From: Tetramitus jugosus
Lineage: Eukaryota; Protista; Heterolobosea
NCBI GenBank assembly: GCA_937625935.1
Contig: OW569390.1
Location: 310,001 to 374,000 of the forward strand
Length of the DNA: 64,000 bases
Direction: 5' to 3'
Position numbers and translations under genes: made by a program. Positions 10,920-22,221 of the stretch are shown in pieces. Under the pieces are notes generated by a model, which saw nothing but the letters and a program-made list of their open reading frames with translations, had not been told where the DNA came from and did not search any database. Each line of letters opens with the position of its first letter. Position 1 is the stretch's first letter.

Positions 10920-13900
10920 ATGCCAAAACAACAACTCGTAAAGAAAAACAAAGATTTTCTGTCTCCTCGTTTCGTCCAATTGGTCAACGAATTTTGTCAA
11001 TCATACAAGACACAACAGCAGACTCACAATGAACCCATCTCTGTCATTGTCCATCTCATGGAACAAGTCATTCTCCATAACAACAATGACCTTCAAATTA
11101 CCAATATGAGAAAATGTTTGGAACCATTTGTTAGTCTACTGCAACAACAACAGACAACATCATTATCAACAATTGATGATGATGGTTCATTGAAGAGCTT
11201 TACAAGAGATTATTTAAAATTATTAGTTCGATTGATATTTTGTCATGAGACAAAAACGATTCACAAGCACATTTTGTTCTTGTTTCAAAAGTTTTCTGCT
11301 GCTTCTGTTGCTTCTGTTGAGAATAGTGAAGATGTTCGGAGTATGATTTTGAACGAGTTTTTGAGTGAATTATTGGTTTATTCTAATCAGATGCTTCAAA
11401 CGAGTGCGTCCATTGAGAAATTGGAGGATGATTTGAGACAGTTTGAGTGGCTATACGAATTGGATGGTTTCTTCCATTGTGAATTGGTCAAATTAGTGCC
11501 ACAATTTCTCTCAAAATCCTATCAATGTCTCTCGCACCACTCGAAACTGTTCTTTACGAGCTCAAACAATCAACAATCACTATTTGTTATTGGAAACATC
11601 TTGAAAACAACAGTGTTGATCATTACGGAACATTTGGATGCAATTACTAATGAAATCACTCAGAATATGCAACCAAATAGCAAGAATAATAATAGTAATG
11701 GTGATGACCATTCAACTCCAAGTATATTTATGAGCTTGCAACAAATCATGGATCATTTGGTTGTTCCATTGTTGTCCAATGTGAATGCTTCGAGAGATGT
11801 CTCTCGTGTTTGTTGCTTATTCCTGTACAAGTTGTTACAAATTACTTTTTCATTGAAGGATGAAAATCAATTAGTACCATTCTTTGCAGTGACAATGTTT
11901 GATAGTTCTGTGCAAGAGGAGGACAATACCAATAATGATTATTTTACGAGAATTGTGATGAACCATGAAGAGAAACAAATGCGCAAGTTGGTGAGTCAAT
12001 TGAGTGCAATGAGTCGTATTGCTGCTCTTGGTGCCTTCTTCAATATTTTTAATGCGAAATTAACCATGCAGACCATACAATCAAGCAATTTCTCTCTGGA
12101 TTTGGTAGTTCCAGATCTCATTCAATATGCAGAGGGCAAAACAAAGAACTCTAGAGAACAATTGTTCTCCATTCAAATGTTGCAAAATGCCCTTGTCGAT
12201 ATGAAACACTATCTATCGAAGAACAAGACAAGCATTAACGAGACTGATCGAAACAAATTTACCAGTACTCTTACTCATTTGATGAATGTCGTTTGGAACA
12301 ATTGGGAGAATCCAACAAACAATATTTATGACAAGGTTCGTGATTTGTTTGAATCAGCATTGGAGGTGCATGACGCTCTTGTCTCTCTTGATAAATCAGC
12401 AGGTATCAATTTGGACCTGATGACGAAACATCTTCTCGACTTGGACTTTAACAGAAAGGGAAAGTATTTCCCTCTGTTGAAAATATTACCCAGAATTGGT
12501 AGCACCAAGTTTTATGAATTGTGTCCAAACGTGTTAGAGATGATTCTTTCAGCGATTGGTAATGGTATGGTCAATACACAGGCCAGCTTGCTATATGAGA
12601 ACTTTGTGAAGGATCAATTTGCAATTCATGGCATAACAAAGAAGAATATAGACAAGATTGAAAGCGTACAAAAGCTGACGCTTCTTCCAGTCTGTAAATA
12701 TCTATCTGGTGAAGCTATCTCTGTGCACGAGACTAATCATGCTAGCATTTTAATTTATATCGTTCCTAAGGTGATCAAGCTACATCCATCGAATTTTGCA
12801 TTCTTGATTCAGAATGTAAGATCGAACGAGTCTAGAAACTATTCTGATGCATTCTTGCGAGCTGTTATTCAATTACTAATTATTGGGAAATCTGAGTCTA
12901 TTCCAAACATAGATGACCATGTGCAACAGAGACTGAGTATTATTGATGTTTGCTTCAAACACTTTGATCCAAAACTCAGATTGGATGCTCTAAACCTAAC
13001 AACAAGCTCCAATAGACTTTCTGATCCCTGTACTCCACAGCAATTGAAAACAGTTCTAGATTTCGTTCGATTGAACTTGAAGCCTCCTAGTTCTTCATTC
13101 AGACATGAATTAACAGCAATTCTAAAAAGATTCCTGGCTCGGGTGAGCAGTTCCTGCCAAAACATATGGACCAAGTTTGAGAGGGATCAATCCTCTGACA
13201 AACTAAAGAATGCTGTGGATAATATGAAGAAGGACAAGTCAACTCAAGTAACTCAGGATGTCGAATGTTTCGCACATATGATCCACTTTATTCATGACTT
13301 TTTCTTCTTCTTGCAACGAGCATTCTATGGTGGATGTCCTCACGAGAAACTATTGACAGCATTGACTTTGTATCAAACTTCATATTCCATGCTTCACAAT
13401 CAGCCATTCATCGCACATTTCCCTGCCTATTTCTCGTCTTTGCATTCACAAGGACTCACTACTCAACTATTGAATCTGTTCGTCGATTGCTGGGACAAAG
13501 TTCGATCTCTAATATTTGATCTATTGTTATTACTTGATGATGGTGATTATCTCAAAGGAAGAGAATTTATCACTCACTTGGTTACCCGAAGTATTGAGCT
13601 CTGCTCTAGCGGAAGACTTCGAGAAAGTGATGCCGGGGCTCTACTACTCAACGTGGTGTTTGCCAAATTTGTCGTCCGAAATCATATGAAGATTGAGTGG
13701 AGTTACGATTCTGACAACAAGATTCAAGTCCACATTGAAAATTCAAATGACGACGCCGTATTAGTATTCCTTCATAATCTTCTATCAGAATTTGAAAGGA
13801 GAATCACAAATATTCAAACAGATATTTTCAGGATATGCACAGACTCTTCTGTTACCGGTACATTGCTCTCTCTACGCTATACATTCTCCAACTTCAAACT

Positions 13901-16685
13901 TGCCTCTGCGATAACCGAGAGTAATAGAGCTCAATGGCAAGATTTCGGAGCCAAGTTGTTCCGCTTGTGTGATGGATTGCTATGCGAATCTCTCCAGATG
14001 GTGGGTAGCAAGAAAGATGTGGACTGTAGAGGTCATATCCATATGCCAAATAATCCTTTGAACCATAGTTTAACTGTTAATTCATGGCTATCTGTCAAGG
14101 AAGTTACAGCTACACTTGGTACGTTCACTGAGCACGTACCACTGACAAATATCGATCCAATATTTTCGGAGGAGCAATTCTCGAAACTAGGAGAACTGTT
14201 CCTAAAGGTTCTATTGCATTGTAAGCATAATGGTGCCATTGAGAAGTCACAAGTAGGCTTCGCTTTGACTTGCAAGAGATTGTTGTCATGTGATTTACCA
14301 AATCTTGCTAAACTACCATCAAACTGGTTGCAGTATTTGATTGATAGAATTGCCACTAGCGACGATAAGAATAGTATTTTGCGTAGATCCGCTGGTGTTC
14401 CATTCTGCTTCATGGGTATCCTCAGATCTGAACCTCAAGGTGTTCCTCGAGTACTACTGCCTCACGCAATGAACAGCTTGATGGCAATTACCGAAACATA
14501 CTACTCAAATGGATGTGGAGAACATACAATGGTTCATGCTCTCAATGTGATGCGTTTTATTTTCCAAGACTCCACTCTGGCTGGTGATGTTACTCAATAC
14601 ATTGAGAAAGGATTCATCACGGTCTTGAAGGGATTTACTGATCCATCATGGGCTGTTAGAAACAGTTCACTTATGTGCTACACTGCCTTGATTACGAGAT
14701 CAATTGGAAACAGAAGAACAAAGGACGACTATGCAACCCAAAATACCGTTACTAGTCGCGAGTTCTTTTCGCGGTACCCACTGTTGAAGCAGTATCTCCT
14801 CGATCAGCTTCGTATTGGAACATCACAATCATCTGAACTTCATCCAACATTGTATCCAAGTTTACTGCTGTTGAGTCGTTTGCGCGCTGCATCATCAATT
14901 AGTGATGATGCTAGCGATAATGCTGGTGATGTGTCGTCATTTGTTCCATATGTGATGGAATGTTCGGCTCAGAACCATTATCTGATTCGATCGATGGCTG
15001 CTCGTGCTCTGGTACCTCTCATTCCATCAACTCTTGTTCCAAGTTTTGTTCCATCTTTGATCTCCAATATTGTTGATGTCGCTGCGAATAAGACCCAGAA
15101 TGCCTTGCATGGACTTTTGCTTCAAATTCTGCAATTTGGCTCTATGGCCGATTCATCATCGGAACAAGAGATGATCAGTCTTTGGTTAGTTAAATTCTAT
15201 GAAGCAGTAACCCAATCTGGATTGCTGAAGTCAGGACCCAGAAACTACTTCGTAGCGAGAACCGTCACTTTCGATATTTTCTGCACTCTGCTCTCCAAGG
15301 TTGATATCAATACTTCTCTGCCTCTTGATTACATTGTTGAGATTGTTAACCTAGCAGACATGTACATTTCAAGAGGTGTCGAATGCGGAGACTTTGAAGG
15401 TATTGGCTTCGTGGAATGTCAAGCTGAAGCAACAAGATTTGCATTGCTTGGATTCGCTCGTTGTGCTTCTTCAGAAGACGTGTCGGATGACTTTTATTTG
15501 TTTGTTGAGAAATGTTTGGCCCATAGTAACCAGAAGGTACGAACAAGTGCTTTCAAATTTATCACAAATCTCGCAACCAAGCAACCAAACAACACTCTAT
15601 TCCAGACAGTGGGTCCTAAGCTGCTTCTAACCTTAATTAGTCATGTTCTGTACAAGGAAACGCCTCATGACGCAAACTGCGTTCGATTTGGCTTGCAAGC
15701 ACTGCAAAATGTTGTTCTATGTATCAACCCCACAGTTGATGCGCTTAGCTCTGTGGATCACGATCAGACATGGTCCAGACTATTAGAGATACATAGTAGC
15801 ACTCAAAACTGTTATATCAAGGAACAAATCATCATTCTCTTGGGTGCCCTAGCTCCAATACTTGCAATCAGCTCAGCGGATATGCTTCATGAGTGGTCGA
15901 AACTAGTGGAAGAGGATTCATATCCATTCCAAGCAGACAACCTACGACTCGCAGCACAATCATCCATTCTCCACTCTAACGTGCTAATTAACGCTGGAGC
16001 GCTCAACAATAAGGATCTGTTTAGAATCATGAATGCGTGTGTCAGGCTGTTGCAAGATGAAGAAGAAAACATTCGACAAGCAACAACTGCCATGCTGTCT
16101 CCCTCAAAGAAACAACAAGTCGACACAGTTCTTCAAGATACATTCCTGTCCATGACTGCCAAGTTTGCCAATTCTGATTTCTATGCACACTTTTTGTTCA
16201 ATCTGATCGCTCTGGAACAAGATGAAAATGGTCGACCAGTCGTGCCATTTGAAGAAGAACTGACCGATGACATGCCAGCTCTATTTGACAAGGAAGAAGA
16301 CAACTTGTTCCAAGAAGAGTTATTTGCTGTGCAATTGGCTGCGTTCCACCTCAAGAAGACTGACATTAGCAACGAAAGAAGGCTTCAAATGCTAGATCAG
16401 CTCAGCAAGCAACTAGACCATGTGTGCTCTCTGTTGAGCAATGCACAAGTCTTGTTCTGGATTGGTGATGTTTCTTATCACTCTAGTGCCTTCCTAACAA
16501 TGTATCGTCTGGTTCTGGGCATCTACACCTTGAGCTCCGAGAACGACAGCATCCGCGACAAGGCAAGATCTATCATTCAAGGAAAATACCACAACGTTCT
16601 CTTGAATGACGTTATGACGAGCCAAGGTTCCAGCGATTACCTATTCACCCTTGGCTATCTTCCAAACCAACAACAACAGCAATAA
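10920..16685 (+). CDS. THADA: THADA/Trm732 HEAT-repeat tRNA 2'-O-methylation cofactor
   Basis: About 1920 aa. DUF2428 motifs SWLSVKE, KHNGAIEK, RRSAGVPF, VHALNVMR, WAVRNS, LYPSLLLLSRL. Confidence 0.92.
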   Translation: MPKQQLVKKNKDFLSPRFVQLVNEFCQSYKTQQQTHNEPISVIVHLMEQVILHNNNDLQITNMRKCLEPFVSLLQQQQTTSLSTIDDDGSLKSFTRDYLKLLVRLIFCHETKTIHKHILFLFQKFSAASVASVENSEDVRSMILNEFLSELLVYSNQMLQTSASIEKLEDDLRQFEWLYELDGFFHCELVKLVPQFLSKSYQCLSHHSKLFFTSSNNQQSLFVIGNILKTTVLIITEHLDAITNEITQNMQPNSKNNNSNGDDHSTPSIFMSLQQIMDHLVVPLLSNVNASRDVSRVCCLFLYKLLQITFSLKDENQLVPFFAVTMFDSSVQEEDNTNNDYFTRIVMNHEEKQMRKLVSQLSAMSRIAALGAFFNIFNAKLTMQTIQSSNFSLDLVVPDLIQYAEGKTKNSREQLFSIQMLQNALVDMKHYLSKNKTSINETDRNKFTSTLTHLMNVVWNNWENPTNNIYDKVRDLFESALEVHDALVSLDKSAGINLDLMTKHLLDLDFNRKGKYFPLLKILPRIGSTKFYELCPNVLEMILSAIGNGMVNTQASLLYENFVKDQFAIHGITKKNIDKIESVQKLTLLPVCKYLSGEAISVHETNHASILIYIVPKVIKLHPSNFAFLIQNVRSNESRNYSDAFLRAVIQLLIIGKSESIPNIDDHVQQRLSIIDVCFKHFDPKLRLDALNLTTSSNRLSDPCTPQQLKTVLDFVRLNLKPPSSSFRHELTAILKRFLARVSSSCQNIWTKFERDQSSDKLKNAVDNMKKDKSTQVTQDVECFAHMIHFIHDFFFFLQRAFYGGCPHEKLLTALTLYQTSYSMLHNQPFIAHFPAYFSSLHSQGLTTQLLNLFVDCWDKVRSLIFDLLLLLDDGDYLKGREFITHLVTRSIELCSSGRLRESDAGALLLNVVFAKFVVRNHMKIEWSYDSDNKIQVHIENSNDDAVLVFLHNLLSEFERRITNIQTDIFRICTDSSVTGTLLSLRYTFSNFKLASAITESNRAQWQDFGAKLFRLCDGLLCESLQMVGSKKDVDCRGHIHMPNNPLNHSLTVNSWLSVKEVTATLGTFTEHVPLTNIDPIFSEEQFSKLGELFLKVLLHCKHNGAIEKSQVGFALTCKRLLSCDLPNLAKLPSNWLQYLIDRIATSDDKNSILRRSAGVPFCFMGILRSEPQGVPRVLLPHAMNSLMAITETYYSNGCGEHTMVHALNVMRFIFQDSTLAGDVTQYIEKGFITVLKGFTDPSWAVRNSSLMCYTALITRSIGNRRTKDDYATQNTVTSREFFSRYPLLKQYLLDQLRIGTSQSSELHPTLYPSLLLLSRLRAASSISDDASDNAGDVSSFVPYVMECSAQNHYLIRSMAARALVPLIPSTLVPSFVPSLISNIVDVAANKTQNALHGLLLQILQFGSMADSSSEQEMISLWLVKFYEAVTQSGLLKSGPRNYFVARTVTFDIFCTLLSKVDINTSLPLDYIVEIVNLADMYISRGVECGDFEGIGFVECQAEATRFALLGFARCASSEDVSDDFYLFVEKCLAHSNQKVRTSAFKFITNLATKQPNNTLFQTVGPKLLLTLISHVLYKETPHDANCVRFGLQALQNVVLCINPTVDALSSVDHDQTWSRLLEIHSSTQNCYIKEQIIILLGALAPILAISSADMLHEWSKLVEEDSYPFQADNLRLAAQSSILHSNVLINAGALNNKDLFRIMNACVRLLQDEEENIRQATTAMLSPSKKQQVDTVLQDTFLSMTAKFANSDFYAHFLFNLIALEQDENGRPVVPFEEELTDDMPALFDKEEDNLFQEELFAVQLAAFHLKKTDISNERRLQMLDQLSKQLDHVCSLLSNAQVLFWIGDVSYHSSAFLTMYRLVLGIYTLSSENDSIRDKARSIIQGKYHNVLLNDVMTSQGSSDYLFTLGYLPNQQQQQ

Positions 16686-16913
16686 ATGAAACGAAACGAA
16701 CGAACACCCTCTCCAACGTAACATCCAATTCCTCATCCGCCACTGTCGGAACTTTCCATTTGCGCAAAAAGAAGAGAAACATGACCGTTTACCGATTGAA
16801 CTTTGACATTTGACACTTTGCCTCCCAATGCCAAGTTGAAAAACAAACGAACCATAACAAAACGAAACATCCATTGTCGTAGTAGTAATCACGCACATCA
16901 TAAAAAACACACA

Positions 16914-19214
16914 ATGGCTTGTTCATGTTTCAAAAGATCAAGTGACCATGATGATGAAGATCACTATGACTCGGACCAGGACAGAAACGAAGAAAATTCG
17001 ACATTTGCGCCCAATTTGAAAGATTCATGCACGGACGATAACCATTGTCGTATCAAGAAAAAGGGTAGAAGACCTACTGACATTCCCTGTACCATACTCT
17101 TTGCACTGTTTCTCGTAGGAATGGTTGCAGTGGCTGTGCTTGCATTCGTGTTTGGACGACCCAAATTGCTGTACACACCAACGGATTACATGGGTCGATT
17201 GTGTGGTTCGGACAATAGAAATGTGTCGACCAATGTGATCAAGTTACCGTTGGATCCGGACTGTATCATTAGTGATGATTCGAATGGGAAGAACAAGACT
17301 GCACTCAACTTGTGTGAGAGCAAGATTGAAGCGTATAGAGAAGATTTGTCCAGTAGAAAATATTTGTGGTTCATGGATGTGAGTCAACCGGTGACCTATG
17401 GTGGTGTTTGTGTGTCGTACTGTCCTGGAGCGTCCTCTGGAAGTGCTCAGTGTCCTCCAGAGTTGTTGACAGAGTCTGTAGAGCCCATTTCGACAGCCAT
17501 TGGATCACTAGAGTTGGATTATTGTGCGTATGAACGAACGGATTACAATACGACCATGTTTCCTCCATCGAGTCAGATGAAATTGTTGACGAGTCAATTT
17601 TCGTACACGAGTGTGATGCATCGGTGCTTTCCAACGTTTACCTTTATGAATTCGACAGTGGTGAACGGTAAGGCATCAATCAATAGTGCTGTGAATGAGG
17701 CCGCTGGAGCCATGACGAGATTGTGGAACGATGTGTACAAGAGTTGGAAGGTGATTGTCGTTTCTGCTGCGTTGGCTCTCATCATCTCATTCTTGTTCCT
17801 TGTGTTGATCCGATGGTTCACATCTATAATCGTGTGGTTCTGCGTCTGTTTCTGCTTCTTGGCCGGAGCTGGACTATCAGCCTTCTTGTTGTGGCAGGGT
17901 TATACCGAGTGGCAGACCATGAAGACACTGGGACTGTCGACTACATTTGCCAAGATCATGTTTGGATTCGGTTGTGGAGTAGGAGGATTAAGCGTCGTGT
18001 ATCTCTTGGTCGTATTCTTCCTATTCTTGAGAATTAGACGTGCGATAGGTATCATTGAAGAAGCAACCAAAGCAGTGAGTGCAATGCCACAGATTATGGT
18101 GTTGCCAATCGGTTTGGCATTCTGTCTCATATTGTTTGCTGCCTATTGGGTCGTCGTTGCAGTGTTCCTCTGGTCATATGCAACTCCCTCCATTGATGGT
18201 TATGCTGTGAGGTATACGATGAGCAGATGGACTCGTGGTCTGTTCGGCTACCACGTATTTGGAGGTTTGTGGATCACTCAATTCTTCCTTGCAATTGAGT
18301 ACATGTGTATTGCTGGTGCAGTTGGTTCATGGTACTGGAGAAGAAAGAAGAAGTATGTTGTTGGACTGCCTATTGCCAAATCAGTGCTCAGAACTCTAGT
18401 GTTCCACGTTGGTACTGCTGCGTTCGGCTCATTGCTCGTTGCAATTATCCAATTCATTAGATTGTTGTTCGAGAAGGCTCAGAGAGAACTCAAGAAGGCA
18501 ACTGCTGATAACAAGGTTGTTGCTGTTCTGGCATGGTTCGTGCGAATTATGCTGTGGATATTCGAAATGATTGTCAAGTACATCAATAAGCAGGCCTATA
18601 TCCAGTGTGCATTGTATGGAACATCATTCCTTACATCTGCCATGCACGGCTTCCAAATCATTAGCAGAAACGGTGTTCAGATGGGTGTTTTGGATATCAT
18701 GTCCGAGATTGTGTTCATTATCTCAAAGTTGAGCATTGCCTCGATTACATGTTTGGCATGTTATGCTATTTCTGCCAAGACTACATTCCTCAATGTGGGT
18801 GAAGAAGCAGTCTTCTCCCCACTCTTTGTTGCAGCGGTATGTTGTTAACTTTTATTTTTTAGAAGCTTTGTGTTTTAATGGAGTTGAACTAAACTAACAT
18901 TGTTTTATCATTTTGTACCTATTTAGATTGCATTTATTTTGGCTTATTTGATTGCTGCCATCTTTACAACTGTTCTTGAAACAGCAGTCGATACCATCCT
19001 GCAGTGCTTCCTTGTCGATGACGAGATTTGCAGAAACAACAGCAATGCAGAGCCATACTGCACCAAGTCTCTTCGAAAGTTTATTGACGAAGAACGAAAG
19101 TACAGAGTTATGTGCCATTTGTGCTCTTGCATCACCTGTGACTGCTGCAGAGGAGGTGCGGACGGCGTCGTGGCCGATGTCGCCAAGGACAACTATGAAC
19201 TAGACGACAAGTAA
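16914..19214 (+). CDS. Choline transporter-like protein (CTL/SLC44), 2 exons (16914-18836, 18927-19214)
   Basis: RRPTDIPC, PTDYMGRLCG, HVGTAAFGSL, YINKQAYIQCA.YG..F, DTILQCFLVD. Intron 18837-18926 (GTATGT..TTTAG) is in frame. Confidence 0.92.
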
Positions 19215-19342
19215 ACCAAAGCGAAATTTTTTGTATTCCTTTCCTGATGGTTCAATCAATTTGTGCATCCTTCTCTTTTCACACAGAAGCTTCAATCAAA
19301 ACAAGGAAGAAAACAACAAAAATCGCACAGACGAAAAACAAA

Positions 19343-21919
19343 ATGTCATCTTCAGCAACTACCACTACAAGTGCTCAATTGGCAGACTATGTTGAGCAAT
19401 TGTTCTCTTCCTTGTCTCCTCATGTGAGTGATGACTTTGATCCATCCAAAGAGTTCATCTCATTCGACGATGAAAGTGAAAAAAATGGAAAGAAGCAAGA
19501 AACGAAGCCATCATCGAGATTTAAGTTGAATATTAATGGAATGACGTTGCAACAATTGGATTTGGAACGGTTGCGCCTCTTGCAATACGGCATGCAAATT
19601 TTACAAACACGCCCATCGGACTTTTATTTTGATGCGGAGAAAAAGAGCACAAAATTGCCCGATGGATGGCGCGTTGTATCGACACTACAGCATTTCTGTG
19701 AGTCGAATTTGAAGAAGGCTCAACAACAGGACTCATCAAACAGCAACAGCTTAACGCTGTCATTGGCTGGTGTTTCATGTCAAATTCTCTCCAAGATTCT
19801 CATTGCTAATTTTGCTGTTCAGAACTCAAAGGAATTTACGAGTCTTTGTCGTAAGTGTGTTCGTCTCTGTGGCAACTTTGTTCGTTTCTTCAATCAACAA
19901 AAATCTCCATCCAATGCTGCTGTTTTCAACGTAGCTCTCTTGGAGATTTTGGCTCCAATGGGTCAACAAGGCATCAACTTGGTACAGGAAGATGTTCAAT
20001 TGATTGAGAATGGTGCTCTCTATGGTTTGGTCTCCCTCAAGAATAATAGTGAAGCAAATATGATGCTCAGTGGTTCCATCTATGCTCTCATGAGCATGTT
20101 TGATAGAGATCCTGTCATCAAGTACAAACACACTGTGAAAACTTTGATCGCCACGTTGAACGACATGGTTGACGAGTGCTTCAAGTTTGTTCGACCAGAG
20201 AACGATCCAAGGCAATCCATTCTTGAGCATTTTGCGACTGGCACCGCTGTTTTGTCAAGCAAGAAGGAGAATGCTGAGGCTGTAGCTGCAGCATCTGCCA
20301 TCAATGGTGCTTCTCTCATACAATCCCTCCACAAGAGAAAGAATCCAATTTCTGGTGTGCAGTTCATGAGATTGTTCAAGTCTATTAGCACTTGTTTGCA
20401 AAGATGCCTCACCATTCCTTATCCATTCATGATTGAGCTCAATGTGAAGAGATTGATGACCATGTTGAAGAATTCATTTGTCTTGGACAGTTCACTCAAA
20501 GTGGATCACTCGATGGCTGTGAAGAAGATTATTACACTGCAGAGCTACTATGAAGTGATTCCATGTATGCACAGAGAGTCACTAAAGATTTTGTCTGCAT
20601 TGATCTTGAGCGCCAAGGGTGCTCTGTTACCTTATGTCAACAATATTGCTGTCATTTTGTTCCAAGAGTTCAATTTGTGGTCATCTGTCGAAGAAAGACC
20701 ATTGGAGAGTTTGGAAGTGTACAGAGAGGTGATTAGATGCATTTGCTTTGCAGTCGATGCTTATGGACCATGTATTTCTGATAGTCTCACTCAAAAGCTA
20801 TTGACTCCAATTCAGAAGATGATGATGCAATTTTATAGCGAAAAAATGAGAGTTGAAATGGACAGAGATATCAATAAGGATACTGCTCTTCAACAATTGA
20901 AGCAACACTATAATGTTACAAACAAGAAGAACAAGAAGAGAAGGAGAAACGAGAGTGAAGATTCATCAGATGATGCCTCTCTCTCAATTACCTTGAAGCA
21001 TCAATATCTGACTCTCAAGCTCTTGAGATCAATCTTGTCGAGCTGTCAAGTTCATGCCTCATTGGAAACGATGTCAACAATGGTTGATGTGATCTCTACT
21101 CTCACTACAAGTATCTCTCTGTTCCACAGCCACAGATTTGTCATCTTCCAGAATGTAAGCAGTCAAACATTGAACAAACTGTTTACCTGTGTTGTGAATG
21201 AACAGTATAGAGCTCTGCATCAGTCTTTGGTCTCATGCTCTGCCATCAACACACAATCTCCATTCTTGCCTCTGGCTGTGACACTGTTTAGAAAGGGTGT
21301 GTCAAGCGGTATTCCTGAAATTTCAAAGGTGTGCAACGATTCACTTCAAGTAATGGAAAGTTTCTTGCATCCAAGAAGTGCTCCACTTCATGTTCCAAGC
21401 GCTGAGTCAGTTAGTGTTCACATGAGTAGACTGATTGAAAGAGAGAAGTCTGTTGCAGCTATGTTAACCACGCACAATACTCACTTTGAATCATCAAACA
21501 ACGACAGCGACAGTGAGGAGGAAGCTCCAATCGTACGAAAGCAGACAAAGAAGCAGCAAATGAAACCAATCGTTGCTGCTGTTGTTGAGAAGAAGGAGGC
21601 AACGAAAGCTCCAATCATTCAAACAAAGGAGAAGGTGAAATCTGTTGTCAGTGTTACTTCCGCAATCGTCTCTCACAAGGAGACTGAGGAAGATGACAGT
21701 GAGGAAGAGGAAGAAGAAGTTACACAAACAACCACAATCGTGGACTTCAGCAAGGCCAACCACAAGGACATCGAGAAGGCTTTTGAGAAGACTGTTGACA
21801 GTGACGAAGAAGATGAAAATATGAACGATGTTGATCTGAATGAGAGTGATGATGACGATGACGATCTTTCAGGCAACATTGATCTTGGAGATTTGCAGCT
21901 CGACTTTTCTGGTCTCTAA
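19343..21919 (+). CDS. RIX1/PELP1-like pre-60S biogenesis factor
   Basis: Helical-repeat-like body ending in FLHPRSAPL, followed by a long acidic disordered tail, as in Rix1/PELP1. Confidence 0.7.
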   Translation: MSSSATTTTSAQLADYVEQLFSSLSPHVSDDFDPSKEFISFDDESEKNGKKQETKPSSRFKLNINGMTLQQLDLERLRLLQYGMQILQTRPSDFYFDAEKKSTKLPDGWRVVSTLQHFCESNLKKAQQQDSSNSNSLTLSLAGVSCQILSKILIANFAVQNSKEFTSLCRKCVRLCGNFVRFFNQQKSPSNAAVFNVALLEILAPMGQQGINLVQEDVQLIENGALYGLVSLKNNSEANMMLSGSIYALMSMFDRDPVIKYKHTVKTLIATLNDMVDECFKFVRPENDPRQSILEHFATGTAVLSSKKENAEAVAAASAINGASLIQSLHKRKNPISGVQFMRLFKSISTCLQRCLTIPYPFMIELNVKRLMTMLKNSFVLDSSLKVDHSMAVKKIITLQSYYEVIPCMHRESLKILSALILSAKGALLPYVNNIAVILFQEFNLWSSVEERPLESLEVYREVIRCICFAVDAYGPCISDSLTQKLLTPIQKMMMQFYSEKMRVEMDRDINKDTALQQLKQHYNVTNKKNKKRRRNESEDSSDDASLSITLKHQYLTLKLLRSILSSCQVHASLETMSTMVDVISTLTTSISLFHSHRFVIFQNVSSQTLNKLFTCVVNEQYRALHQSLVSCSAINTQSPFLPLAVTLFRKGVSSGIPEISKVCNDSLQVMESFLHPRSAPLHVPSAESVSVHMSRLIEREKSVAAMLTTHNTHFESSNNDSDSEEEAPIVRKQTKKQQMKPIVAAVVEKKEATKAPIIQTKEKVKSVVSVTSAIVSHKETEEDDSEEEEEEVTQTTTIVDFSKANHKDIEKAFEKTVDSDEEDENMNDVDLNESDDDDDDLSGNIDLGDLQLDFSGL

Positions 21920-22221
21920 ATAAATCATAAACGTTTATGCTGGAACATTAACTCGGTATCCCTTTGGAGTTGACCGACAGTAGTGATTGAAAGCCTGTTA
22001 CTTTCGAACATGTGACATTCGTTACTTGCTTCCCACTTGAAACCTATCAAGCGTTCCCTTTGACATCGGTCAAAAGGTTGGTGATCCCAGTCTTCTATTT
22101 ATCAAATAGTCTCAAAGCTCAAGAACGAGAGAAATCAAAGACAGTTCTCCAGCAAATCTGATTCTGACTCTTCTTTCGGTAGTTCTTAATGCCTCAGCCT
22201 TTATTAAATATAATTGTTTAT

